In this document: one piece after another, positions 37,789 to 47,073 of the stretch | How the letters are laid out: the number at the start of each line of letters is the position of its first letter | How positions within the stretch are numbered: position 1 is the first letter of the stretch | Origin: Longimicrobiales bacterium | GTDB taxonomy: Bacteria; Gemmatimonadota; Gemmatimonadetes; Longimicrobiales; Gaopeijiaceae | Reading direction: 5' to 3' | Length of the DNA stretch: 64,000 nt | Assembly: GCA_965238005.1 (NCBI GenBank) | Contig: OZ250165.1 | Span: 4,352,001 to 4,416,000 of the forward strand | The notes under the pieces: generated by a model | Seen by the model: only the letters and a program-made list of their open reading frames with translations | Databases searched by the model: none | What the model was told of the DNA's origin: nothing | Translations under genes and position numbers: made by a program

Positions 37789-39105
37789 GTGTGCCAGGAA
37801 GGGTCTTCCTCGCGGGCGGTCGCCGCAGCGGCCCCGGTGGTGCGGCTGGTGAATCATGTCCTGCACCAGGCGGCCGCGCTGGGCGCGAGCGACATCCATC
37901 TGGAACCGTCGGAAGGACAGGTCCTGGTTCGCTGGCGGATCGACGGAGTCCTCCGCCGCTCCCTTACGCTCCCCGGATCGAGCCTCGGCCCAGTGGCCTC
38001 ACGTATCAAGGTGATATCGGGAATGGATATCTCCGTGAAGCGTCGACCGCAGGACGGAGGCCTCGCGTTCCAACACGCTGGCAGCTCCCTGCGAGTGCGG
38101 GTCTCCACTTTGCCCACGGTCGAGGGAGAGAAGATCGTGCTGCGACTCCTCGACCCCCTCCAGGCTCCCCGTAATCTCGACGCGCTGGGTATGGCCCACA
38201 GGGACCTCAACTTGGTACGGAGACTGGGAGCATGCGGCCAGGGAGTGATCCTCGCAGCCGGACCCACCGGCAGCGGGAAGAGCAGTAGCCTTTTCGCTGC
38301 GCTGGCGGAGCTCAATCAGGAGGGCCTGAACGTGGTTACGGTGCAGGACCCGGTGGAGTACCGGATCCCCGGCATCAATCAGGTTCAGGTCAAGCCGCTG
38401 GCGGGCCTGACCTTTCCCGCTGCCCTACGGGCGATTCTTAGGCAGGACCCCGACATCGTGATGATCGGAGAGATCCGTGACCGCGAGACGGCGGAGATCG
38501 CCATGGCAGCAGCAGTGACTGGTCACCTCGTCCTGTCCACGATCCACACCACCGACGCCCCCGGGGCCATAACCCGGCTGCTCCACATGGGAGTACCTGC
38601 CTACCTGGTGGCCGGAGGACTCACGGGGGTCGTGGCCCAGCGCCTGGTCCGAACCCTCTGCCCCGTCTGTCGCGGACGTAGCGCCGAGGGGTGCGGGAGA
38701 TGCCCGGACGGCTATTCAGGGCGAACCGCCGTCTTTCAGGTGCTCGCGATCAACGACAGCATGCGAGACGAGATCATTCGAGGTGCGTCCACCGCCACGC
38801 TGCGACGCCTGGCTGTGGACAGCGGAATGGCCTCTCTCTCGGAAGACGCCCGCCGCAAGGTGGCCGAAGGCCTCACCACGCCACACGAAGTCGCCCGGGT
38901 CATTCAGACCGACGCCGGGGCCGTGGAGCCCTGCCCCCGGTGTGGGGGGGGGGAGATCCCGACAGAGGCCCTGGGGTGCCCCTACTGCGGCCTGACCGTG
39001 AGGCGGCTCTGCCGGTGCGGCTCCCAACTTCGACGAGGGTGGCGCTTCTGCCCTCTGTGCCTCCGCGCCATCATGGGCCCACCGCCGATGTCCGAGCCAC
39101 GATGA
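37789..39105 (+). CDS. GspE/PilB family ATPase with C-terminal double zinc ribbon; N-terminal domain absent, start uncertain
   Basis: ASDIHLEP, RRPQDG, GPTGSGKS, LRQDPDIVMIGEIRD, TGHLVLSTIH; CPRC..CPYC..CRC..CPLC. Confidence 0.88.
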   Translation: MCQEGSSSRAVAAAAPVVRLVNHVLHQAAALGASDIHLEPSEGQVLVRWRIDGVLRRSLTLPGSSLGPVASRIKVISGMDISVKRRPQDGGLAFQHAGSSLRVRVSTLPTVEGEKIVLRLLDPLQAPRNLDALGMAHRDLNLVRRLGACGQGVILAAGPTGSGKSSSLFAALAELNQEGLNVVTVQDPVEYRIPGINQVQVKPLAGLTFPAALRAILRQDPDIVMIGEIRDRETAEIAMAAAVTGHLVLSTIHTTDAPGAITRLLHMGVPAYLVAGGLTGVVAQRLVRTLCPVCRGRSAEGCGRCPDGYSGRTAVFQVLAINDSMRDEIIRGASTATLRRLAVDSGMASLSEDARRKVAEGLTTPHEVARVIQTDAGAVEPCPRCGGGEIPTEALGCPYCGLTVRRLCRCGSQLRRGWRFCPLCLRAIMGPPPMSEPR

Positions 39106-39122
39106 CGGCTTCCGCCGGGGCC

Positions 39123-39842
39123 TCAGCCTCCGAAGTGGCCCGAGACCTCTCGTAACAGGCGGCTGACCGGATCGTCTCCCTGGGGCCAGAAGTGGCGATC
39201 GGAGATCCGGTTGAGCGCCACACGTACCCCGCTGAAGTTGTCGGCGACGTCCCTGAGAAGGGCGTTCATGCCGAGCTCCTCCGCCTCCCGGCTCTTGGAC
39301 GCCAGCCGGTAGCCGTCGGCGCCCAGCTCCTCGAAATAGGCGATAGGTGGAGCGCCCCGGCGTCGGGTCCGCGCCTCCAGGTAGTCTGGGAACAGCCCCG
39401 ACATCCAGAGAGCGAAGTCTCCCATGTGCATCCGTAGGAGGAACTGCCGTCGTCCGCCCGCAGTCCGCATCTCCGAGACAATATCCACGAGGTAATGGAA
39501 TTCGCCGTCGTCCTGGGCGGAGATCCGATACGCCCGCCTGGCGCGTCCGAACGCAGCGATGAGCGAGGCGACGTAGTCGGCCGTGCCACGATCGTCGATG
39601 CCGCCTTCCAGGAGTGCCTGCCGAACCAGAACGTAAAAGACGATGGGGGGAGGCACGGAAACTTCGGGATCGCTGAGGAGTCCGTTCAGGACTCTGGGAT
39701 CATCCAAGAGGCTGTCGATCCCGTCCTCGTCGAGACGAAGTCGAGCAGCCTCCCATATTTCCGGATCGTCACGGGCTATGAGCGCTACCAGCTGCCGTGC
39801 GTCACGGCGGCTCAGCGAGGCCCGAATCGTGGGCATTATCAT
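39123..39842 (-). CDS. Conserved hypothetical protein
   Basis: 239 aa; AGGAGG RBS; HMGDFALWMSGLFPD. Confidence 0.75.
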   Translation of the reverse strand: MIMPTIRASLSRRDARQLVALIARDDPEIWEAARLRLDEDGIDSLLDDPRVLNGLLSDPEVSVPPPIVFYVLVRQALLEGGIDDRGTADYVASLIAAFGRARRAYRISAQDDGEFHYLVDIVSEMRTAGGRRQFLLRMHMGDFALWMSGLFPDYLEARTRRRGAPPIAYFEELGADGYRLASKSREAEELGMNALLRDVADNFSGVRVALNRISDRHFWPQGDDPVSRLLREVSGHFGG

Positions 39843-40102
39843 GGATCCCTCCTTTCCCGGCCGCAGGCTTCCTTGCCACCGGCTTCCGGCCGCCTCCACC
39901 GGTCACACCGACCGAGGTGGAAGCATCCGGAAGTGCCGGGATCGCGAAACGCCTCGAGCACCACTGCGCTCGCATGCGTTCCTGGTGCTATGCATGGTTG
40001 TCGGCCTGTTGGCGGCAAAACTCAAGCCGGCGGCCACACGCCCTCCTCTCCATAATACGTACATGGGCGATCCGGGGTCCGCCGGGAGATGCCCGCGCGT
40101 TT

Positions 40103-41203
40103 TCAGAATACCTCCTTTCGGACCGTTCGCTCCTCGATGAGATCCGTCCTGAGCTCCACCCCGATTCCCAGCCCCGGGGGAACGTGCATCTCGCCGTCCA
40201 CCACGACGAACTCGGGGTCTACGATGTCCTCGTGCCAGTAACGCCGGCTGGCCGAGATGTCCCCCGGCAGGGTGAAGCCGGGCAGCGTGGCCAGGGCCAC
40301 GTTGTGGGCTCTTCCGACGCCCGACTCGAGCATACCGCCGCACCAAACGGGAACGTCGTTTGCCACGCAGAGGTCGTGGATCGCCTTGGATGATTCGAAG
40401 CCGCCCACCCTCCCGGGCTTGATGTTGATGATGCGGCAGGCGCCGAGCTCGATGGCCAGCTCGGCATCGCCCAGCGACCGGATCGACTCGTCGAGGCAGA
40501 CCGGAGTCTCGAGCGTCTCCTGCAGGCGAGCGTGATCCAGATAGTCGTCGTAGGCGAGTGGCTGCTCGAGCATCATGAGGTCGAGGCCGTCCAGCGCCTT
40601 CAACTTGGGAGCGTCCTCCAACGTGTACGCCGAGTTGGCGTCGGCCATCATGGGAACGTCGGGGAATCGCTCACGGAGCCTCGTCAACATCTCGACGTCC
40701 CGGCCGGGCTTGATCTTGATCTTGATGCGCGAATATCCCTGCTCGACGAAGTCTCCGACCTTCCGATGCAGCTCGTCGTCCGTGGGCTGAAGACCGATGC
40801 TCACCCCGACTCTCACGGCGTCGCGGACCCCGCTGACGTGATCCGCCAGGCGCACGCCCTCGAGCTTGGCCTCTAGGTCGTATGCGGCCATCTCCACGGC
40901 TGCCCTGGCCATGCGGTGCCCACGGATCCAGCTCAACGGATCGAGCACCCGGGATGCCGTCGACGCCTCCGTCCCCACTACGCTCGGAAGGATGAACTCC
41001 GTGAGGATGTGCCAAGCGGTCTCCGTCGTCTCGTAGGAGTATCCGGGGGTCTCCCCCGCCACGCACTCACTCCAACCCGCCACGCCGTCGGAGAACAACG
41101 TCAGGAGCATGACGCGGCGGTCGTAGGCGACCCCACTCGAGATCTCGAACGGCTCCCTGAGCTGCATGCGCACTTCTCGTAACTCGATACGATCGATCTT
41201 CAC
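40103..41203 (-). CDS. menC: o-succinylbenzoate synthase / N-succinylamino acid racemase (enolase superfamily)
   Basis: KIK, DANSAY, EQP, LDES, NIKPGRVGG, WCGGMLE, PGDISAS. Confidence 0.92.
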   Translation of the reverse strand: MKIDRIELREVRMQLREPFEISSGVAYDRRVMLLTLFSDGVAGWSECVAGETPGYSYETTETAWHILTEFILPSVVGTEASTASRVLDPLSWIRGHRMARAAVEMAAYDLEAKLEGVRLADHVSGVRDAVRVGVSIGLQPTDDELHRKVGDFVEQGYSRIKIKIKPGRDVEMLTRLRERFPDVPMMADANSAYTLEDAPKLKALDGLDLMMLEQPLAYDDYLDHARLQETLETPVCLDESIRSLGDAELAIELGACRIINIKPGRVGGFESSKAIHDLCVANDVPVWCGGMLESGVGRAHNVALATLPGFTLPGDISASRRYWHEDIVDPEFVVVDGEMHVPPGLGIGVELRTDLIEERTVRKEVF

Positions 41204-41215
41204 GGGGCTCCTCTC

Positions 41216-42037
41216 TCAGTGCACCAGAAGATATTCTGAGTGCTGCCCACGACGGTACAGCTCCCGCACCTCGTAGCCCCTGGCCAGGTAGGAGGACAAC
41301 GCGGCACGAGTGGCGTGACGCCACCGTAGGGCCGCCTCGAGCGACTCGCTCTTGAGCTCCTGTATGGATCGCGGGATCGGGACGAGGATCCGCGACGCCT
41401 CCAGCGACAGGTCTGGTTCGCTGGGAAGGATCAGGCCTCCCTCGCCGACGATGTCGAAGGCGCGCACGGCCCCCTCATCCGCACCCGCCTCGGGTCCCGA
41501 CCGGCCCTCGACCAGGCGTTGGACCACCCTCTCGGAGTCCAACATCCACGTCGGCACGAAACGATCGGTACCGATTCCCCGGTGTAGAGGCGAGTCGGTC
41601 TGGCCGTACATGTCCTGCACGTACTCCCTCGCCACCGCGCCAAGCTTGTTCAGGTTCAGGTGCGCGTTCGTGGACTCCAGGGGATCGAATGTCCAGTGCA
41701 CCCGGGTGATCCCCATCGCCAGGAGCCTCTCCCGCTGATAGGCCTTGAGACGAGCGCCCAGGCCCGCGTTCTGGAGCCCCGGGCGCACCGCCAGCATGTC
41801 GGACCAGTGGACGACCTCGCCGCCCTCCACACCGGTCATCCCATAGACGAACCCGGCCAACTCGCCGCTCTCGTCGTAGGCTCCGGCCGCGATGCCCCCC
41901 AGGCGTTGGCTGACCTTGAGGATGGCCACCGCCACCCGCTCCGAGAAGCCGGTCCCCCAGATCTCCTCCTGAAAGCGGACGCAGTCCTGAAACTCCTCGA
42001 TGGTCTCGAAGGGGCGGATCGTGAGGTCGGACCCCAT
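41216..42037 (-). CDS. GNAT acyltransferase (putative D-amino acid N-succinyltransferase)
   Basis: HWSDMLAV, LKAYQR, WTFDPL..NAHLN.KLG, YG, TDRF; directly upstream of OSBS/NSAR. Confidence 0.85.
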   Translation of the reverse strand: MGSDLTIRPFETIEEFQDCVRFQEEIWGTGFSERVAVAILKVSQRLGGIAAGAYDESGELAGFVYGMTGVEGGEVVHWSDMLAVRPGLQNAGLGARLKAYQRERLLAMGITRVHWTFDPLESTNAHLNLNKLGAVAREYVQDMYGQTDSPLHRGIGTDRFVPTWMLDSERVVQRLVEGRSGPEAGADEGAVRAFDIVGEGGLILPSEPDLSLEASRILVPIPRSIQELKSESLEAALRWRHATRAALSSYLARGYEVRELYRRGQHSEYLLVH

Positions 42038-42375
42038 CCCGGCCGGCTCCTGGAATGACGATGTGAGTGTGACGCTCCGCCGGAGAACTTGCGGCGGTCG
42101 GGGGCCGGAGACCAGCTTGGCCACCGACCCGGCACATCCCGTCTCAGAGGAGGATCCGTGGGAACGTCACTGAAGAGAGGTGCCCGTAGAGGAGGACGCC
42201 GAAGATGCACCCATGGAGGCCACCACCGCCCTTCTCCCTGTTGGGCACGGCCGATCGCGAGTGGGTCGTCGTTCCGGGAGGCGACCATGCCGCCTTCCTC
42301 GAGACGCCGCGCGCCTATTTTCTACAGGCGATGGTGAGCTTCCTGGAACGTCCTCGTTGATTCGGACTCGGACCC

Positions 42376-42936
42376 CTATGCTCGGGCCCGGCGGATAAGG
42401 AACGCATCCGCGGCACACCGGAGGGTCTCGACGCTCGTCTCGCCGAGCAGATGCTCGGCCTCCTCGCCGGCCTGCCTCCAATGGGGCATCGCACGACTCA
42501 GAATGCTCGAGCCCTCGCGGGTGAGGGCCAGCGTCTTGGGTCCCCGGGCTGCCAACCGCCCTTCTTCCAGCCAGCCCTTCTCCCGGAGCAGCGCCAGTCC
42601 ACGACTCACCGTGGACTTGTCCATCTCGAGGTAGCGACTCACGTCCACGGCCCGCAGTCCATCCATGGACGCGACAAGGGAGACCACGGTGAGCTGATTG
42701 GCCCGTAGCCCGATCGGGGCCAGGGCGTCGTCGTAAAGTTGTGTCAGAAGACGGTCCAACATGCGGGTGCGGCTGCAGACGCAAGACCGGAGGACCTCCC
42801 GCGCCGCTGCCACGTCCATCCATGCGGACGCGTCCGTGTGCTGGTCCGCGTCCTGGTCCACGCTCGTGTCCGCCTCCGTATTGACCTCGGCGCCGCCGAC
42901 ACCGGGCCTTTCGCTGGAGCCCTCATCGGACATCAT
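42376..42936 (-). CDS. MarR family regulator, paralog of 24353-24811
   Basis: CVCSRTR..YDDALAPIGLRANQL..MDKSTVSRGL..GWL. Confidence 0.88.
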   Translation of the reverse strand: MMSDEGSSERPGVGGAEVNTEADTSVDQDADQHTDASAWMDVAAAREVLRSCVCSRTRMLDRLLTQLYDDALAPIGLRANQLTVVSLVASMDGLRAVDVSRYLEMDKSTVSRGLALLREKGWLEEGRLAARGPKTLALTREGSSILSRAMPHWRQAGEEAEHLLGETSVETLRCAADAFLIRRARA

Positions 42937-42945
42937 GGTCGCTGT

Positions 42946-43040
42946 GTTGCATTAGCAACTTATAAAGTTGTAGTGACAACTCCACATCGACGTCGGGTGA
43001 GGGCAGTTGCAGTACCAATATAGGTCGTTGCAGCACCAAC
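42946..43040. promoter_or_regulatory. Four GTTG-N6-CAAC operator boxes
   Basis: GTTGCATTAGCAAC 42946, GTTGTAGTGACAAC 42967, GTTGCAGTACCAAT 43006, GTTGCAGCACCAAC 43027. Confidence 0.7.
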
Positions 43041-43179
43041 ATCAAGCCCAGATTCCTCGGGCCATCCAAGGGTTGCAATGCTCTTCGCGCAGGGGGGCGC
43101 GATTCTCCAGCCTAGGCCATGACGCTCGTAGCGAGGCCCCCCAGACTTGTGCAGAGCCTCCCGAGAAGCCTGTCCGAGC

Positions 43180-44352
43180 CTATCCGTCCGCCTGGGGAAG
43201 CATGAGGATGAGGGCCAGCAGAGCCGTCCTCTCCAGCAGCTTGTCGATTCTCACGTACTCGTGATGGGCGTGGGCGCCGTCGCCCACGACACCCAGGCCA
43301 TCCACCGTCGCGGCATACAGGCTCGTGATGTTCCCGTCGGAGGCGCCTCCCGAGAGTCCTTCGGCCAGCTCGAGCCCCATTCTCAGCCCGCACTCGCGCA
43401 CGGCCCTCCACAGGGCCTGGTTGCGAGGCGTCGCCTCCATGGGAGCCCGATCGACCGCCCCCTCGATCTCCAGGCGTGTCCCGGGAGTGGTCGCTTCGAG
43501 GCCCAGGATTTCCTCCTCCACGGCGCGGGCGTCGGCGAGGGTGGTGACCCGGACGTCAACCAGCGCACGACACTCCGCAGCCACGACATTGGCCCGTGTG
43601 CCTCCCGACACCGTCCCCACGTTCACACCGATTCCCCGGTCCACATCGGTGAGGCCGTGAAGGACCTGCACTACATGGGACATCTCCTGGATGGCGCTGG
43701 CACCCTCCTCGGGGGCGAGCCCTGAGTGAGACGCCTTGCCCACCACCCGGACCTCGAACTCCCCGCCACCCCGACGGGTCGTCTTGATCTTGCCCTCGGG
43801 GCTGAGAGCGGGCTCCAGAACAAGCACGCGGCTCGCACTCTTGGCCAGGCGCTCCACGTGGGGGTGGGACTCCGGACTGCCGAGCTCCTCGTCCGAGTTC
43901 AGGAACACGACCGGTGTGACTTCGGGCTGCAGGCCCAGCTCAGCCAGCGCACGGAGGGCGAACACGATCTGCACGATGCCGCCCTTCATGTCGAAGACCC
44001 CGGGCCCGCGCACCACGCCCCTCCCTTCGTCGACTTCTACCGGCATCCGGTCCAGGGTACCCAGAGGCCACACCGTGTCGGTGTGACCGAGCAGGAGCTG
44101 AATCGGGGCCTGGCTCACCTCGTGGCCCCTCGGAGACAGTTGGATGTGTCCCCCCGTCTTCTCCCCGGGGATTCGGTTGGCCTCGAACCCGAGCTCCTCG
44201 AGTGAGCGTCGCACGAGATCCTGCACCGGCAACTGGGTCTCGGGCACGAGGGAGGGAGACTCCAGGCTGGCCAGGTCGGTCAACAGCTTCACGATCGCGT
44301 CCCTACGATCGGACAAGAACTCGACGATCCGCCCGGCGACCGGATCCGTCAC
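43180..44352 (-). CDS. M20 family metallopeptidase (glutamate carboxypeptidase-like)
   Basis: GHTDTV, GPGVFDMKGG, DEE, LEP, SHSG, GGASDGN, GAHAHHE. Confidence 0.92.
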   Translation of the reverse strand: MTDPVAGRIVEFLSDRRDAIVKLLTDLASLESPSLVPETQLPVQDLVRRSLEELGFEANRIPGEKTGGHIQLSPRGHEVSQAPIQLLLGHTDTVWPLGTLDRMPVEVDEGRGVVRGPGVFDMKGGIVQIVFALRALAELGLQPEVTPVVFLNSDEELGSPESHPHVERLAKSASRVLVLEPALSPEGKIKTTRRGGGEFEVRVVGKASHSGLAPEEGASAIQEMSHVVQVLHGLTDVDRGIGVNVGTVSGGTRANVVAAECRALVDVRVTTLADARAVEEEILGLEATTPGTRLEIEGAVDRAPMEATPRNQALWRAVRECGLRMGLELAEGLSGGASDGNITSLYAATVDGLGVVGDGAHAHHEYVRIDKLLERTALLALILMLPQADG

Positions 44353-44383
44353 GCGGACCTCCAGCTACTCGGTGATGTTCCCC

Positions 44384-45763
44384 TCATCGATAGAAGCCGG
44401 CTCGCTTGTAGCTCTCGTCCAACAGCTCTACCGGATGATGTGCCTTGATCGGAGAGCCCCGAAGGAGGAGGCCGGCACCAATCTGCATGATACAGCCTGG
44501 ATTGGCGGTCACCACCGCCGCCGCTCCCGTGCCGATCACCGAAGCCACTTTGTCCGAGCCGATACGTCCACCGAGCTCGGGGTGGGTCATGCCGTAGATG
44601 CCCGCTCCCCCACAGCACTCCTCCTCGTCCGGAAGAGGCACGAGATCCAGGTCCGGAATCGCCTCGAGCATCGCCCGTGGCGCCTCCTTCAGGCGCTGAG
44701 CGTGGCAGAGGTGGCACGCTGCGTCGTACGTGACCCGAAGGGGGACCGGCGCTCCACGTCGCACTCCGGCCTCGGCCAACAGCTCCGAGACGTCGCGGGT
44801 GGCATCGGCGAGCCGGGCCGCCGTCTCGGCGTACTTCGAGTCGCCGACCAGAAGGTGGCCGTACTCCTTCAGCGTCGCGCCACACCCCGCCGCGTTGACG
44901 GCGACGAAGTCGACCTTCGACTTCTCGAAAGCGGCTACGTTCGCTCGAGCGAGCCTGCGGGCGCCTTCGGCATCGCCGGCATGTACGTGCAAGGCTCCAC
45001 AGCACTTCTGGCCCGCCACCCGCACCATCTCGAACCCGTTCGCGCTGAGAACCCTCTCAGTCGCGTCGTTCACACGGGCAAAGAGCCCCGCCTGGACGCA
45101 CCCGGTGAGGAGGGCGACCCGCAGTGGTGCTTCCCCGGCATCGCTCTCACCTGCTGCCGCAACGTCCCCGGCGTCGGCCGCTCCTGGTGCGTCCCCGGCA
45201 GGGACAGCCACAGGCGAGGAAGCCGATCCCACAGGAGCGGTCGAGAGCAGTCGCGAGCCTCGGCTCGCCGCGAGCATGGCGAGCCCGAAGCGCACGGGAT
45301 GGAGCGACCGGAACCCTGGAGTAAGCTTCGCCCCGAGCCACGCCAGCCCCAGGCCGCGAGCCAACCTCGCGAGGCCCATACTCCAGCGCAGCCAGACGCC
45401 TCGCCTGAACACGGACAGGAGAGCCCGGACCGACATCCTGGGCTTCCGCGCCCGGAAGGCCACCTCCCGCGCACTCTCCAGCAGGAGACCGTACTCCACA
45501 CCCGAGGGGCACACCGGCTCGCAAGCCCTGCACCCCAGGCACCGGTCCATGTGTGTCTGGAACGCGTCCGACGCGGCGGGAAGCCTCCCCTCCACCACGG
45601 CGCGCATGAGATGAAGTCTCCCACGCGGCGAGTCGTTCTCGTCCCCCAGCCGGACGTAGGTGGGACACGCCGGAAGGCAGAAGCCGCAGTGGACGCAAGG
45701 AAGTAGGCGTTCCTTCTGTGCCTCCAGGGCGGCGGCCAGCGCCGTGCCTCGTTGGGCGCTCAC
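44384..45763 (-). CDS. glcF: Glycolate oxidase Fe-S subunit
   Basis: CVHCGFCLPACP, CLGCRACEPVCP, CCG domains. Confidence 0.88.
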   Translation of the reverse strand: MSAQRGTALAAALEAQKERLLPCVHCGFCLPACPTYVRLGDENDSPRGRLHLMRAVVEGRLPAASDAFQTHMDRCLGCRACEPVCPSGVEYGLLLESAREVAFRARKPRMSVRALLSVFRRGVWLRWSMGLARLARGLGLAWLGAKLTPGFRSLHPVRFGLAMLAASRGSRLLSTAPVGSASSPVAVPAGDAPGAADAGDVAAAGESDAGEAPLRVALLTGCVQAGLFARVNDATERVLSANGFEMVRVAGQKCCGALHVHAGDAEGARRLARANVAAFEKSKVDFVAVNAAGCGATLKEYGHLLVGDSKYAETAARLADATRDVSELLAEAGVRRGAPVPLRVTYDAACHLCHAQRLKEAPRAMLEAIPDLDLVPLPDEEECCGGAGIYGMTHPELGGRIGSDKVASVIGTGAAAVVTANPGCIMQIGAGLLLRGSPIKAHHPVELLDESYKRAGFYR

Positions 45764-47073
45764 GATGCGACCCTCCCGGGCGTCAGAATCGATGCCGGAT
45801 CGAACTCCCTCTGAAGGTCGCGCATGAGACCCCTCGCAGAGCCCACCTCTCCCCACGCTCCCATGGTCCCCACGACTTCCGGTGGCCCCTGCGAGATGAC
45901 CATGCTCCCGCCCTCCGATTCCAGCGAAAGCCTGAGGTCGGCCAGAGAGGACACGGCGCTCTCCAGCCATCCCTCCCGCCGGTGCACGCGGGCGATCATG
46001 ACGCGCAGCACTCCTGTCTGGGCATGACCCGCCATCCGGGCGCCCCACCCCACATCCGGATCGGCCAGCACCGCGAGGCCCACCGCCATCTCGACCACGT
46101 CGGACATCCTGGACGGAAGGAGGCTCAACCGGAGCACCAGCTCGGCACCGTCCTCCATGCCTCTAACGTTCTCGAAGATGGCCTGGGAGTCCTGCCCGTC
46201 CATGCGCCTGAACGGGGCGCTGTCCGCCCGCTCGGTCACAACGCGCTCGACCTCCTCGGCCGCCGGCGGCGACTCCAGGATCCGAACTGCCACCAGGGGC
46301 GCGCTGCTCCGATCCCTCCCCTCTCGCTCCCCGGGCGCCAACAGCTCGACGGCCGCAAGCGAGACCGGGGACCCGGCGATGGCACGGGCCAGTCGCGCCG
46401 CCGAGTGCACGTCGGGGCTCTCGAACAGCAGGGTCCGGTCGAGCTCCGGCACCGGGTGCAGCCGGACCGTCACCGACGTGATCACGCCCAGCGTGCCCCA
46501 GCTCCCCAGGACAAGCTTGAGAAGGTCGAACCCGGCCACGTTCTTCACCACCTTGCCGCCCAGGTGCAGCAGGCGGCCGTCGCCCGTGGCGAGCGTGGCC
46601 CCCAGGACGTGATCCCTCGGCGTGCCGAAGCCGGCCTGGAGCGGTCCGGCGGATGCCGTGCTCACCGTCGCCCCGAGGCTCCCGCGAACGGCACCGGGCG
46701 GGTCGAGAGGAAGCCACTGCCTTCCATCCAGGACGCGCCGGGCCAAGAGATCCAGGCCGATCCCCGCCTCGGCGCTGATGAAGAGGTCGTCGGGCGCATA
46801 GGCCAGCACCCGATCCATCCGGCTCGTGCTGAGCACCACGTCCACGGCCTGCGGGGGCTGCCCGCCCCTCAGCCAGGTGCCCTTGCCGCTCGGCACACAG
46901 CGCCAACCCTCGGCGCTGGCCATGGTCAGGACTTGCGCCACCTCGGACTCGCTCTCCGGAAAGACGACCGCGAGGGGAACTCCATCGCACACGGCCCAGG
47001 CCTCCGCACGGAAGCCGTCCACGACCTGTCCTTCAGGCAGCTGGCTGGCCAGGAGAGCCGCTATCGTGTTCAC
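45760..47073 (-). CDS. glcE: Glycolate oxidase FAD-binding subunit
   Basis: LPLDPP, GGKVVKNVAGFDL, GSWGTLGVIT, FDP..PGR. Confidence 0.85.
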   Translation of the reverse strand: MNTIAALLASQLPEGQVVDGFRAEAWAVCDGVPLAVVFPESESEVAQVLTMASAEGWRCVPSGKGTWLRGGQPPQAVDVVLSTSRMDRVLAYAPDDLFISAEAGIGLDLLARRVLDGRQWLPLDPPGAVRGSLGATVSTASAGPLQAGFGTPRDHVLGATLATGDGRLLHLGGKVVKNVAGFDLLKLVLGSWGTLGVITSVTVRLHPVPELDRTLLFESPDVHSAARLARAIAGSPVSLAAVELLAPGEREGRDRSSAPLVAVRILESPPAAEEVERVVTERADSAPFRRMDGQDSQAIFENVRGMEDGAELVLRLSLLPSRMSDVVEMAVGLAVLADPDVGWGARMAGHAQTGVLRVMIARVHRREGWLESAVSSLADLRLSLESEGGSMVISQGPPEVVGTMGAWGEVGSARGLMRDLQREFDPASILTPGRVAS

